From: Escherichia coli
GTDB lineage: Bacteria > Pseudomonadota > Gammaproteobacteria > Enterobacterales > Enterobacteriaceae
Strand: one strand, 5' to 3'
Length of the DNA stretch: 64,000 nucleotides
Assembly (NCBI RefSeq): GCF_017348835.2
Contig: NZ_CP071375.1
The notes below the pieces were generated by a model that saw nothing but the letters and a program-made list of their open reading frames with translations, ran no database searches and was not told the DNA's origin. Position 1 is the stretch's first letter; every line of letters starts with the position of its first letter. Both the position numbers and the translations under genes were made by a program. Below, one piece after another: positions 12,863-23,800 of the stretch.

Positions 12863-14047
12863 ATGACCAAACCTAATCATGAGCTTAGCCCGGCGCTAAT
12901 CGTGCTGATGTCTATCGCCACCGGTCTGGCGGTCGCCAGCAACTATTACGCCCAGCTATTGCTCGACACCATCGCGCGTAACTTTTCCCTTTCCGCCAGT
13001 TCGGCAGGCTTTATTGTTACCGCCGCGCAGTTGGGCTATGCCGCCGGTCTGCTGTTTCTTGTTCCCCTCGGTGATATGTTTGAACGCCGCCGCCTGATTG
13101 TCTCGATGACCTTACTGGCGGCATGCGGCATGTTGATTACCGCCAGCAGTCAGTCGCTGGCGATGATGATCCTCGGTACGGCATTAACCGGTTTATTCTC
13201 AGTCGTGGCACAAATTCTGGTTCCACTGGCAGCGACGCTGGCTTCACCGGACAAACGCGGCAAAGTGGTTGGCACCATTATGAGCGGTCTGCTGTTGGGG
13301 ATCTTGCTGGCACGAACCGTTGCCGGGTTACTGGCAAACCTCGGCGGCTGGCGCACCGTCTTTTGGGTTGCCTCGGTGTTAATGGCACTGATGGCGCTGG
13401 CATTATGGCGTGGTCTGCCACAAATGAAATCAGAAACCCACCTCAATTACCCACAGTTGTTGGGTTCCGTTTTCAGTATGTTTATCAGCAATAAGATCCT
13501 GCGCACCCGCGCGTTGCTGGGCTGCCTGACCTTTGCCAACTTCAGCATTCTCTGGACCTCAATGGCCTTTTTGCTTGCCGCTCCACCTTTTAACTACAGC
13601 GATGGTGTCATTGGTCTGTTTGGACTTGCGGGAGCTGCCGGAGCGTTGGGCGCTCGTCCAGCGGGCGGTTTTGCCGACAAGGGCAAATCGCACCACACAA
13701 CAACTTTCGGTCTGCTTCTGCTGTTACTTTCATGGCTGGCAATCTGGTTTGGTCACACTTCCGTACTGGCGTTGATTATCGGCATTCTGGTGCTGGACCT
13801 CACCGTACAGGGCGTGCATATCACTAACCAGACGGTAATTTATCGAATACATCCTGATGCGCGTAATCGCCTGACCGCAGGTTACATGACCAGCTACTTT
13901 ATTGGCGGTGCCGCCGGTTCGCTAATTTCAGCCTCAGCCTGGCAACATGGCGGTTGGGCTGGCGTTTGTCTGGCTGGCGCGACGATTGCCCTGGTTAACT
14001 TACTGGTCTGGTGGCGAGGTTTTCATCGTCAGGAAGCCGCAAATTAA
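12863..14047 (+). CDS. ygaY: MFS transporter, YgaY-like, apparently intact
   Basis: 394-aa uninterrupted ORF with 12-TMS-like hydropathy at the ygaX/ygaY position. Confidence 0.8.
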   Translation: MTKPNHELSPALIVLMSIATGLAVASNYYAQLLLDTIARNFSLSASSAGFIVTAAQLGYAAGLLFLVPLGDMFERRRLIVSMTLLAACGMLITASSQSLAMMILGTALTGLFSVVAQILVPLAATLASPDKRGKVVGTIMSGLLLGILLARTVAGLLANLGGWRTVFWVASVLMALMALALWRGLPQMKSETHLNYPQLLGSVFSMFISNKILRTRALLGCLTFANFSILWTSMAFLLAAPPFNYSDGVIGLFGLAGAAGALGARPAGGFADKGKSHHTTTFGLLLLLLSWLAIWFGHTSVLALIIGILVLDLTVQGVHITNQTVIYRIHPDARNRLTAGYMTSYFIGGAAGSLISASAWQHGGWAGVCLAGATIALVNLLVWWRGFHRQEAAN

Positions 14048-14170
14048 GCAATCAGCAACCGTTTTCGTGGCTTTACACTTATAAGGGTGTTAAGAAGCCC
14101 ATCAGTCTGATAAGGTTAAGATATTCATTCAGTCTATTTATAATATTAACAATCGTTAAGCGTACACTCT

Positions 14171-14908
14171 ATGGAAAGCCCTACTCCACAGCCTGCTCCT
14201 GGTTCGGCGACCTTCATGGAAGGATGCAAAGACAGTTTACCGATTGTTATTAGTTATATTCCGGTGGCCTTTGCGTTCGGTCTGAATGCGACCCGTCTGG
14301 GATTCTCTCCTCTCGAAAGCGTTTTTTTCTCCTGCATCATTTATGCAGGCGCGAGCCAGTTCGTCATTACCGCGATGCTGGCAGCCGGGAGTAGTTTGTG
14401 GGTTGCTGCACTGACCGTCATGGCAATGGATGTTCGCCATGTGTTGTATGGCCCGTCACTGCGTAGCCGTATTATTCAGCGTCTGCAAAAATCGAAAACC
14501 GCCCTGTGGGCGTTTGGCCTGACGGATGAGGTTTTTGCCGCCGCAACCGCAAAACTGGTACGCAATAATCGCCGCTGGAGCGAGAACTGGATGATCGGCA
14601 TTGCCTTCAGTTCATGGTCATCGTGGGTATTTGGTACGGTAATAGGGGCATTCTCCGGCAGCGGCTTGCTGCAAGGTTATCCCGCCGTTGAAGCAGCATT
14701 AGGTTTTATGCTTCCGGCACTCTTTATGAGTTTCCTGCTCGCCTCTTTCCAGCGCAAACAATCTCTTTGCGTTACCGCAGCGTTAGTTGGTGCCCTTGCA
14801 GGCGTAACGCTATTTTCTATTCCCGTCGCCATTCTGGCAGGCATTGTCTGTGGCTGCCTCACTGCGTTAATCCAGGCATTCTGGCAAGGAGCGCCCGATG
14901 AGCTATGA
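14171..14908 (+). CDS. ygaZ: AzlC-family branched-chain amino acid exporter subunit YgaZ
   Basis: 245-aa membrane ORF recognised as YgaZ. Confidence 0.9.
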   Translation: MESPTPQPAPGSATFMEGCKDSLPIVISYIPVAFAFGLNATRLGFSPLESVFFSCIIYAGASQFVITAMLAAGSSLWVAALTVMAMDVRHVLYGPSLRSRIIQRLQKSKTALWAFGLTDEVFAAATAKLVRNNRRWSENWMIGIAFSSWSSWVFGTVIGAFSGSGLLQGYPAVEAALGFMLPALFMSFLLASFQRKQSLCVTAALVGALAGVTLFSIPVAILAGIVCGCLTALIQAFWQGAPDEL

Positions 14909-15233
14909 GGTTCTGCTGCTTGGGTTACTGGTTGGCGCGGCGAATTATTGCTTCCGCTATTTGCCGCTGCGCCTGCGTGTGGGTAATGCCCGCCCAACCA
15001 AACGTGGCGCGGTAGGTATTTTGCTCGACACCATTGGCATCGCCTCGATATGCGCTCTGCTGGTTGTCTCTACCGCACCAGAAGTGATGCACGATACACG
15101 CCGTTTCGTGCCCACGCTGGTCGGCTTCGCGGTACTGGGTGCCAGTTTCTATAAAACACGCAGCATTATCATCCCAACACTGCTTAGTGCGCTGGCCTAT
15201 GGGCTCGCCTGGAAAGTGATGGCGATTATATAA
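14898..15233 (+). CDS. ygaH: AzlD-family exporter subunit YgaH
   Basis: 111-aa membrane ORF overlapping the ygaZ end. Confidence 0.9.
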   Translation: MSYEVLLLGLLVGAANYCFRYLPLRLRVGNARPTKRGAVGILLDTIGIASICALLVVSTAPEVMHDTRRFVPTLVGFAVLGASFYKTRSIIIPTLLSALAYGLAWKVMAII

Positions 15234-15323
15234 CCCACAAGAATCATTTTTCTAAAACAATACATTTACTTTATTTGTCACTGTCGTTACTATATCGGCT
15301 GAAATTAATGAGGTCATACCCAA

Positions 15324-15854
15324 ATGGATAGTTCGTTTACGCCCATTGAACAAATGCTAAAATTTCGCGCCAGCCGCCACGAAGATTTTCCTTATCAGGA
15401 GATCCTTCTGACTCGTCTTTGCATGCATATGCAAAGCAAGCTGCTGGAGAACCGCAATAAAATGCTGAAGGCTCAGGGGATTAACGAGACGTTGTTTATG
15501 GCGTTGATTACGCTGGAGTCTCAGGAAAACCACAGTATTCAGCCTTCTGAATTGAGTTGTGCTCTTGGATCATCCCGTACCAACGCGACGCGTATTGCCG
15601 ATGAACTGGAAAAACGCGGTTGGATCGAACGTCGTGAAAGCGATAACGATCGCCGCTGCCTGCATCTGCAATTAACGGAAAAAGGTCACGAGTTTTTGCG
15701 CGAGGTTTTACCGCCGCAGCATAACTGCCTGCATCAACTCTGGTCCGCGCTCAGCACAACAGAAAAAGATCAGCTCGAGCAAATCACCCGCAAATTGCTC
15801 TCCCGTCTCGACCAGATGGAACAAGACGGTGTGGTTCTCGAAGCGATGAGCTAA
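15324..15854 (+). CDS. mprA: MarR-family repressor MprA (EmrR)
   Basis: 176-aa ORF recognised as MprA/EmrR, upstream of emrAB. Confidence 0.9.
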
Positions 15855-15898
15855 CGCGTCATCTCGCTCAAAAATCCAGATTTATAAAAGAAAAAATG

Positions 15899-15930
15899 AC
15901 CGGCCAGCATCGCAACATGCTGGCCTTTTT
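15899..15930 (+). terminator. Hairpin plus T-run between mprA and emrA (possible attenuator)
   Basis: ggccagcat/atgctggcc 9-bp stem followed by ttttt, inside an operon. Confidence 0.45.
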
Positions 15931-15980
15931 GGCAAGCAGGTCGGCTCAGCCGATGAGTTAAGAAGATCGTGGAGAACAAT

Positions 15981-17153
15981 ATGAGCGCAAATGCGGAGAC
16001 TCAAACCCCGCAGCAACCGGTAAAGAAGAGCGGCAAACGTAAGCGTCTGCTCCTCCTTCTCACCTTGCTCTTTATAATTATTGCCGTAGCGATAGGGATT
16101 TATTGGTTTTTGGTACTGCGTCATTTCGAAGAAACCGATGACGCATACGTGGCAGGGAATCAGATTCAAATTATGTCTCAGGTGTCTGGCAGCGTGACGA
16201 AAGTCTGGGCCGATAACACCGATTTTGTAAAAGAAGGCGATGTTCTGGTCACTCTCGACCCGACAGATGCTCGCCAGGCGTTTGAAAAAGCCAAAACTGC
16301 ACTGGCTTCCAGCGTTCGCCAAACCCACCAGCTGATGATTAACAGCAAGCAGTTGCAGGCGAATATTGAGGTGCAGAAAATCGCCCTCGCGAAAGCACAA
16401 AGCGACTACAACCGCCGTGTGCCGCTGGGCAATGCCAACCTGATTGGTCGCGAAGAGCTGCAACACGCCCGCGACGCCGTCACCAGTGCCCAGGCGCAAC
16501 TGGACGTCGCGATTCAACAATACAATGCCAATCAGGCGATGATTCTGGGGACTAAACTGGAAGATCAGCCAGCCGTGCAACAGGCTGCCACCGAAGTACG
16601 TAACGCCTGGCTGGCGCTGGAGCGTACTCGTATTGTCAGTCCGATGACCGGTTATGTCTCCCGCCGCGCGGTACAGCCTGGGGCGCAAATTAGCCCAACG
16701 ACGCCGCTGATGGCGGTCGTTCCAGCCACCAATATGTGGGTGGATGCCAACTTTAAAGAGACGCAGATTGCCAATATGCGTATCGGTCAGCCGGTCACTA
16801 TCACCACCGATATTTACGGCGATGATGTGAAATACACCGGTAAAGTGGTTGGTCTGGATATGGGCACAGGTAGCGCGTTCTCACTGCTTCCGGCGCAAAA
16901 TGCGACCGGTAACTGGATCAAAGTTGTTCAGCGTCTGCCTGTGCGTATCGAGCTGGACCAGAAACAGCTGGAGCAATACCCGCTGCGTATCGGTTTATCC
17001 ACGCTGGTGAGCGTCAATACCACTAACCGTGACGGTCAGGTACTGGCAAATAAAGTACGTTCCACTCCGGTAGCGGTAAGCACCGCGCGTGAAATCAGCC
17101 TGGCACCTGTCAATAAACTGATCGACGATATCGTAAAAGCTAACGCTGGCTAA
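15981..17153 (+). CDS. emrA: Multidrug efflux periplasmic adaptor EmrA
   Basis: ORF 15969..17153; start trimmed to MSANAETQTPQQ (390 aa); ggag RBS. Confidence 0.9.
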   Translation: MSANAETQTPQQPVKKSGKRKRLLLLLTLLFIIIAVAIGIYWFLVLRHFEETDDAYVAGNQIQIMSQVSGSVTKVWADNTDFVKEGDVLVTLDPTDARQAFEKAKTALASSVRQTHQLMINSKQLQANIEVQKIALAKAQSDYNRRVPLGNANLIGREELQHARDAVTSAQAQLDVAIQQYNANQAMILGTKLEDQPAVQQAATEVRNAWLALERTRIVSPMTGYVSRRAVQPGAQISPTTPLMAVVPATNMWVDANFKETQIANMRIGQPVTITTDIYGDDVKYTGKVVGLDMGTGSAFSLLPAQNATGNWIKVVQRLPVRIELDQKQLEQYPLRIGLSTLVSVNTTNRDGQVLANKVRSTPVAVSTAREISLAPVNKLIDDIVKANAG

Positions 17154-17169
17154 TCCAGAGGTGCGTGTG

Positions 17170-18708
17170 ATGCAACAGCAAAAACCGCTGGAAGGCGCGC
17201 AACTGGTCATTATGACGATTGCGCTGTCACTAGCGACATTCATGCAGGTGCTGGACTCCACCATTGCTAACGTGGCGATCCCCACTATCGCTGGGAATCT
17301 GGGCTCATCGCTCAGCCAGGGAACGTGGGTAATCACTTCTTTCGGGGTGGCGAATGCCATCTCGATCCCGCTTACCGGCTGGCTGGCAAAGCGCGTCGGG
17401 GAAGTGAAACTGTTCCTCTGGTCAACCATCGCCTTTGCTATTGCGTCGTGGGCGTGTGGTGTCTCCAGCAGCCTGAATATGCTGATCTTCTTCCGCGTGA
17501 TTCAGGGGATTGTCGCCGGGCCGTTGATCCCGCTTTCGCAAAGTCTATTGCTGAATAATTACCCGCCAGCCAAACGCTCGATCGCGCTGGCGTTGTGGTC
17601 GATGACGGTGATTGTCGCGCCAATTTGCGGCCCAATCCTCGGCGGGTATATCAGCGATAATTACCACTGGGGCTGGATATTCTTCATCAACGTGCCGATT
17701 GGCGTGGCGGTGGTGTTGATGACACTGCAAACTCTGCGCGGACGTGAAACCCGCACCGAACGGCGGCGGATTGATGCCGTGGGGCTGGCACTGCTGGTTA
17801 TTGGTATAGGCAGCCTGCAGATTATGCTCGACCGCGGTAAAGAGCTGGACTGGTTTTCATCACAGGAAATTATCATCCTTACCGTGGTGGCGGTGGTGGC
17901 TATCTGCTTCCTGATTGTCTGGGAGCTGACCGACGATAACCCGATAGTCGATCTGTCGTTGTTTAAGTCGCGCAACTTCACCATCGGCTGTTTGTGTATC
18001 AGCCTCGCGTATATGCTCTACTTCGGCGCGATTGTTCTGCTGCCGCAGTTGTTGCAGGAGGTCTACGGTTACACGGCGACCTGGGCAGGTTTGGCCTCTG
18101 CGCCGGTAGGGATTATTCCAGTGATACTGTCGCCGATTATCGGCCGCTTCGCGCATAAACTGGATATGCGCCGACTGGTAACCTTCAGCTTTATTATGTA
18201 TGCCGTCTGCTTCTACTGGCGTGCCTATACCTTTGAACCAGGTATGGATTTTGGCGCGTCGGCCTGGCCGCAGTTTATCCAGGGGTTTGCGGTGGCCTGC
18301 TTCTTTATGCCGCTGACCACCATTACGCTGTCTGGTTTGCCACCGGAACGACTGGCGGCAGCATCGAGCCTCTCCAACTTTACGCGTACGCTGGCGGGGT
18401 CGATCGGCACATCGATAACCACGACCATGTGGACTAACCGTGAGTCGATGCACCATGCGCAGTTGACTGAGTCGGTAAACCCGTTCAACCCGAATGCCCA
18501 GGCGATGTACAGTCAACTGGAAGGGCTTGGGATGACGCAACAGCAGGCCTCCGGCTGGATTGCCCAGCAGATCACTAACCAGGGGCTGATTATTTCCGCC
18601 AATGAGATCTTCTGGATGTCAGCTGGGATATTCCTCGTCCTGCTGGGGCTGGTGTGGTTTGCTAAACCGCCATTTGGCGCAGGTGGCGGCGGAGGCGGTG
18701 CGCACTAA
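17170..18708 (+). CDS. emrB: MFS multidrug efflux pump EmrB
   Basis: ORF 17161..18708; start trimmed to MQQQKPLEG (512 aa); poly-Gly C-terminus. Confidence 0.9.
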   Translation: MQQQKPLEGAQLVIMTIALSLATFMQVLDSTIANVAIPTIAGNLGSSLSQGTWVITSFGVANAISIPLTGWLAKRVGEVKLFLWSTIAFAIASWACGVSSSLNMLIFFRVIQGIVAGPLIPLSQSLLLNNYPPAKRSIALALWSMTVIVAPICGPILGGYISDNYHWGWIFFINVPIGVAVVLMTLQTLRGRETRTERRRIDAVGLALLVIGIGSLQIMLDRGKELDWFSSQEIIILTVVAVVAICFLIVWELTDDNPIVDLSLFKSRNFTIGCLCISLAYMLYFGAIVLLPQLLQEVYGYTATWAGLASAPVGIIPVILSPIIGRFAHKLDMRRLVTFSFIMYAVCFYWRAYTFEPGMDFGASAWPQFIQGFAVACFFMPLTTITLSGLPPERLAAASSLSNFTRTLAGSIGTSITTTMWTNRESMHHAQLTESVNPFNPNAQAMYSQLEGLGMTQQQASGWIAQQITNQGLIISANEIFWMSAGIFLVLLGLVWFAKPPFGAGGGGGGAH

Positions 18709-18716
18709 GTACAACT

Positions 18717-18746
18717 AAGCCAGTTCATTTGAACTGGCTTTTTTCA
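18717..18746. terminator. Bidirectional terminator between convergent emrB and luxS
   Basis: 10-bp stem aagccagttc/gaactggctt followed by tttttt. Confidence 0.6.
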
Positions 18747-18771
18747 ATTAATTGTGAAGATAGTTTACTGA

Positions 18772-19287
18772 CTAAATGTGCAGTTCCTGCAACTTCTCTT
18801 TCGGCAGCGCCAGTTCTTCGTTGCTGTTGATGCGCACGTCACGTTCCAGAATGCTACGCGCAACATCCTGTGCTTCCTGCAACGAGTGCATCTGGTAAGT
18901 GCCACACTGGTAGACGTTCAGTTCCGGGATCTGATTCTGATCCTGCACTTTCAGCACGTCTTCCATTGCCGCTTTCCAGGCATCAGCAACACGCTGCTCA
19001 TCTGGCGTACCAATCAGACTCATATAAAAACCGGTGCGGCAGCCCATTGGCGAGATATCGATAATCTCTACACCATTACCGTTAAGATGGTTACGCATAA
19101 AACCAGCAAACAGGTGCTCCAGAGTATGGATCCCTCTTTCTGGCATCACTTCTTTGTTCGGCACGCAGAAGCGCAGATCGAACACGGTGATTGCGTCGCC
19201 ATGCGGGGTGTTCATTGTTTTCGCCACCCGAACTGCAGGCGCTTCCATCCGGGTATGATCGACTGTGAAGCTATCTAACAACGGCAT
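18772..19287 (-). CDS. luxS: S-ribosylhomocysteine lyase LuxS
   Basis: 171-aa ORF recognised as LuxS ([23 protein letters not shown]...). Confidence 0.95.
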   Translation of the reverse strand: MPLLDSFTVDHTRMEAPAVRVAKTMNTPHGDAITVFDLRFCVPNKEVMPERGIHTLEHLFAGFMRNHLNGNGVEIIDISPMGCRTGFYMSLIGTPDEQRVADAWKAAMEDVLKVQDQNQIPELNVYQCGTYQMHSLQEAQDVARSILERDVRINSNEELALPKEKLQELHI

Positions 19288-19322
19288 TTAGCCACCTCCG
19301 GTAATTTTTTTAAAAATTTTCT

Positions 19323-19349
19323 GAACTCTTTCTTCCCAGGCGAGTCTGA
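19323..19349 (+). promoter_or_regulatory. Sigma-E-type promoter of micA
   Basis: gaactc, 16-bp spacer, tctga, placed about 7 nt before the MicA 5' end. Confidence 0.5.
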
Positions 19350-19355
19350 GTATAT

Positions 19356-19429
19356 GAAAGACGCGCATTTGTTATCATCATCCCTGAATTCAGAGATGAA
19401 ATTTTGGCCACTCACGAGTGGCCTTTTTC
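19356..19429 (+). ncRNA. micA: MicA (SraD) small regulatory RNA
   Basis: Matches the MicA sequence as I recall it, ending in a GGCCACUCACGAGUGGCC hairpin plus U-run; lies between luxS and gshA. Confidence 0.85.
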
Positions 19430-19436
19430 TTTTCTG

Positions 19437-21020
<1,584 letters not shown>

Positions 21021-21065
21021 TTAATTAGCATAACTGTAATGGTGACCATATGTGCAGGCCTACAA

Positions 21066-21494
21066 TTAGTGCCACCACATCATGCCCTGAACGGTCGCTG
21101 CTGCAACTGCAACATAGCGTAACGCTTTACCAAGGCACAAAAAAAAGATTACCGGCCCCCAGGAGATGCGCATCCATCCCGCTAACAGACACAGTAAATC
21201 GCCAACCACGGGCATCCAGCTTAATAATAGCGTGACTGCACCATAGCGTTTCAGCCAGCCGGTAGCTTTCTCTTGCCAGCGCGATGTTTTACGCAATGGA
21301 AAGAAACGCCCAAGGATAACGTTAGTTAACCCTCCAAGGCTATTACCCATTGTTGCTGTTAAAACTAAAACCCAGGGATGACTGATCCCGGAAAGCAACA
21401 TTGCCACCAGCACGACTTCGGAGTTGCCGGGTAATAGTGTAGCGCTGAGAAAACTACTGGCAAACAACGAGAAAAGCGATAACGCTTCACTCAC
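21066..21494 (-). CDS. yqaA: DedA/SNARE-associated family membrane protein YqaA
   Basis: 142-aa hydrophobic ORF. Confidence 0.9.
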   Translation of the reverse strand: MSEALSLFSLFASSFLSATLLPGNSEVVLVAMLLSGISHPWVLVLTATMGNSLGGLTNVILGRFFPLRKTSRWQEKATGWLKRYGAVTLLLSWMPVVGDLLCLLAGWMRISWGPVIFFLCLGKALRYVAVAAATVQGMMWWH

Positions 21495-22057
21495 AGCAAG
21501 CGAACATCCACAGCGTCCATGCCTGCTGCACGGGCCGCCTGAATACCGAAATCGGCATCTTCAAAGACCACACACTGCGTCGGTTGCACGCCCATACGCT
21601 GCGCGCACAACAAAAATGTGTCTGGCGCGGGTTTATGGTGTTTGACGTGATCAGCAGCGACGACGGCGTCAAAATAACGGCGTAATCCCAGGTGCGCCAG
21701 CAATGCCTCAGCGATGGCGCTTTCACTCCCCGTTCCTACAGCCATTGGGCGACGACCATGCCAACCTTTCACCACATCAACAAGAGGAAGCGGTTCGACG
21801 CTATCCAGCAGCATACTTCTTACTGCTTCTGTTTTTTCACGCGCTAACGCATGCGGGTCGAGATCGGCCTGATTCAGCTCAATAATTGCCTGAGCAATAC
21901 GCCAGGTGGGCGATCCATTAAGCGCAATCATCGCCTGAACATCGTACTGAAGACCGTAGTGCCCTAATACTTCGCGCCACGCTTTACGGTGCGTAGGCTC
22001 CGTATCCAGGATTGTGCCATCCATATCAAAAATTAAACCTGCATAACGCTCGTACAT
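21491..22057 (-). CDS. yqaB: HAD-superfamily phosphatase YqaB
   Basis: 188-aa ORF with the HAD motif I (FDMDGTILDT). Confidence 0.9.
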   Translation of the reverse strand: MYERYAGLIFDMDGTILDTEPTHRKAWREVLGHYGLQYDVQAMIALNGSPTWRIAQAIIELNQADLDPHALAREKTEAVRSMLLDSVEPLPLVDVVKGWHGRRPMAVGTGSESAIAEALLAHLGLRRYFDAVVAADHVKHHKPAPDTFLLCAQRMGVQPTQCVVFEDADFGIQAARAAGMDAVDVRLL

Positions 22058-22204
22058 GGTCTTCTCGCAAGTCGAAAAATATGACGCTACTTTAGCGTAA
22101 TTGCTTGATTTTGTCGCTGATGGCGAAGGAGAAGAAAATTCAGGAAATGGATAAAGTAGTTATTTAGAAATGAGATATTTTTGAAGGAAATTTTTTGGAG
22201 AAGA

Positions 22205-22327
22205 TGGTGCATCCGGGAGGATGACTCACTGGCGTTCGCCCTTCGGGCCGTTGCTAAAGCAACGTTATCCTTCCTGGTGCCTGCGATTAATTCCGCTACC
22301 TCTTCGATATCTTCATTGCTGAAGATT
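22205..22327 (-). repeat. Structured spacer element, degenerate copy, 3' of the last tRNA-Arg
   Basis: Begins with a tRNA 3'-end-like tggtgcatccgggagga on the plus strand, then about 105 nt shared with the 22478..22612 element. Confidence 0.6.
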
Positions 22328-22404
22328 TCGGAGAATATGGTGCATCCGGGAGGATTCGAACCTCCGACCGCTCGGTTCGTAGCCGAGTACTCTATCCAGC
22401 TGAG
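22328..22404 (-). tRNA. argQ: tRNA-Arg (anticodon ACG)
   Basis: Reverse complement reads GCATCCGTAGCTCAGCTGGATAGAGTACTCGGCTACGAACCGAGCGGTCGGAGGTTCGAATCCTCCCGGATGCACCA. Confidence 0.9.
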
Positions 22405-22477
22405 CTACGGATGCATCGGGAAAATTTATTTTACTGCTGATATTGATATCGCTACTAAAGCCATATCAAGTAAGAGA

Positions 22478-22612
22478 TGGTGCACCAGGGAGGATTACTC
22501 GCCTTGCGGCTCGCCCTTCGGGCCGTTGCTGGCGCAACGTTATCCTCCCTGGTGCCTGCGGTTAATTCCGCTACCTCTTCGATATCTTCATTGCTGAAGA
22601 TTTCGGAGAATA
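22478..22612 (-). repeat. Structured spacer element with a perfect 13-bp inverted repeat and internal hairpins
   Basis: caccagggaggat ... atcctccctggtg enclosing a gcccttcgggc hairpin and gttgc/gcaac; ends tRNA-like (..cctccctggtgcacca on the transcript). Confidence 0.6.
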
Positions 22613-22689
22613 TGGTGCATCCGGGAGGATTCGAACCTCCGACCGCTCGGTTCGTAGCCGAGTACTCTATCCAGCTGAGCTACGGATGC
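22613..22689 (-). tRNA. argZ: tRNA-Arg (ACG)
   Basis: Identical 77-nt copy. Confidence 0.9.
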
Positions 22690-22751
22690 ATCGGGAAATT
22701 AATTTTACTGCTGATATTGATACCGCTACTAAAGCCATATCAAGTAAGAGA

Positions 22752-22828
22752 TGGTGCATCCGGGAGGATTCGAACCTCCGACCGCTCGGTTCGTAGCCGA
22801 GTACTCTATCCAGCTGAGCTACGGATGC
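22752..22828 (-). tRNA. argY: tRNA-Arg (ACG)
   Basis: Identical 77-nt copy. Confidence 0.9.
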
Positions 22829-22892
22829 ATCGGGAAACTTACTTTACTGCATATTTTTTGATACCGCTACTAAAGCCGTATCAAGTAAGAGA

Positions 22893-22969
22893 TGGTGCAT
22901 CCGGGAGGATTCGAACCTCCGACCGCTCGGTTCGTAGCCGAGTACTCTATCCAGCTGAGCTACGGATGC
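22893..22969 (-). tRNA. argV: tRNA-Arg (ACG)
   Basis: Identical 77-nt copy, 3 nt from the tRNA-Ser. Confidence 0.9.
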
Positions 22970-22972
22970 AAA

Positions 22973-23065
22973 TGGCGGTGAGGCGGGGATTCGAACCCCG
23001 GATGCAGCTTTTGACCGCATACTCCCTTAGCAGGGGAGCGCCTTCAGCCTCTCGGCCACCTCACC
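22973..23065 (-). tRNA. serV: tRNA-Ser (GCU), long variable arm
   Basis: Reverse complement reads GGTGAGGTGGCCGAGAGGCTGAAGGCGCTCCCCTGCTAAGGGAGTATGCGGTCAAAAGCTGCATCCGGGGTTCGAATCCCCGCCTCACCGCCA. Confidence 0.9.
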
Positions 23066-23380
23066 ACACGCCTCTTACGAGTGCTTCGAAGAACTTGCTT
23101 ATCGCTCATCGTCGCTGCGTGGCGCACATATTACTTTCTGAGACTTATAAGTCAAACAATTTTTCCCACACTTTTATCGTTTGCACACTTCACGCTCAAT
23201 TAGTCTGTAAAAACGTCAAAAAGAGTGTTTTATCAACAGAAAAACGGAGGTCTGACAGATAGCAGTAATGTAAAAAAATGGAGACTTAAGTTGAATGAAC
23301 GGGAGTAAAGCGAAAAGACTATAGAGTGAAGGAGAAATTTTTAGGGTGCGTCTCACCGATAAAGATGAGACGCGGAAAGA

Positions 23381-23566
23381 TTAGTAACTGGACTGCTGGG
23401 ATTTTTCAGCCTGGATACGCTGGTAGATCTCTTCACGGTGAACAGAAACTTCCTTCGGGGCATTTACGCCAATACGTACCTGGTTGCCCTTTACCCCTAA
23501 AACTGTCACGGTGACCTCATCCCCAATCATGAGGGTCTCACCAACTCGACGAGTCAGAATCAGCAT
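23381..23566 (-). CDS. csrA: Carbon storage regulator CsrA
   Basis: 61-aa [51 protein letters not shown].... Confidence 0.95.
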
Positions 23567-23800
23567 TCTTTGCTCCTTGAAAGATTAAAAGAGTCGGGTC
23601 TCTCTGTATCCCGGCATTATCCATCATATAACGCCAAAAAGTAAGCAATGACAAACACATTACATCTAAGCAGTCATGGCATTACATTCTGTTAAACCTA
23701 AGTTTAGCCGATATACACAACTTCAACCTGACTTTATCGTTGTCGATAGCGTTAATGCGAATGCCGTGAAGCGAGTCCACGGCATTGCCTGACGCTTATA

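Noticed and set aside
15882-16688. 268-aa minus-strand ORF
   Set aside because: Antisense to emrA; overlaps a recognised gene throughout.
22181-23262. Two overlapping plus-strand ORFs (138 and 261 aa) with internally repeated peptide segments
   Set aside because: They are read-through translations of the antisense strand of the tRNA-Arg/tRNA-Ser array; the repeats are the tRNA genes themselves. This is also not a CRISPR array: the repeat units are 77-nt tRNAs with unequal spacers and no cas genes.
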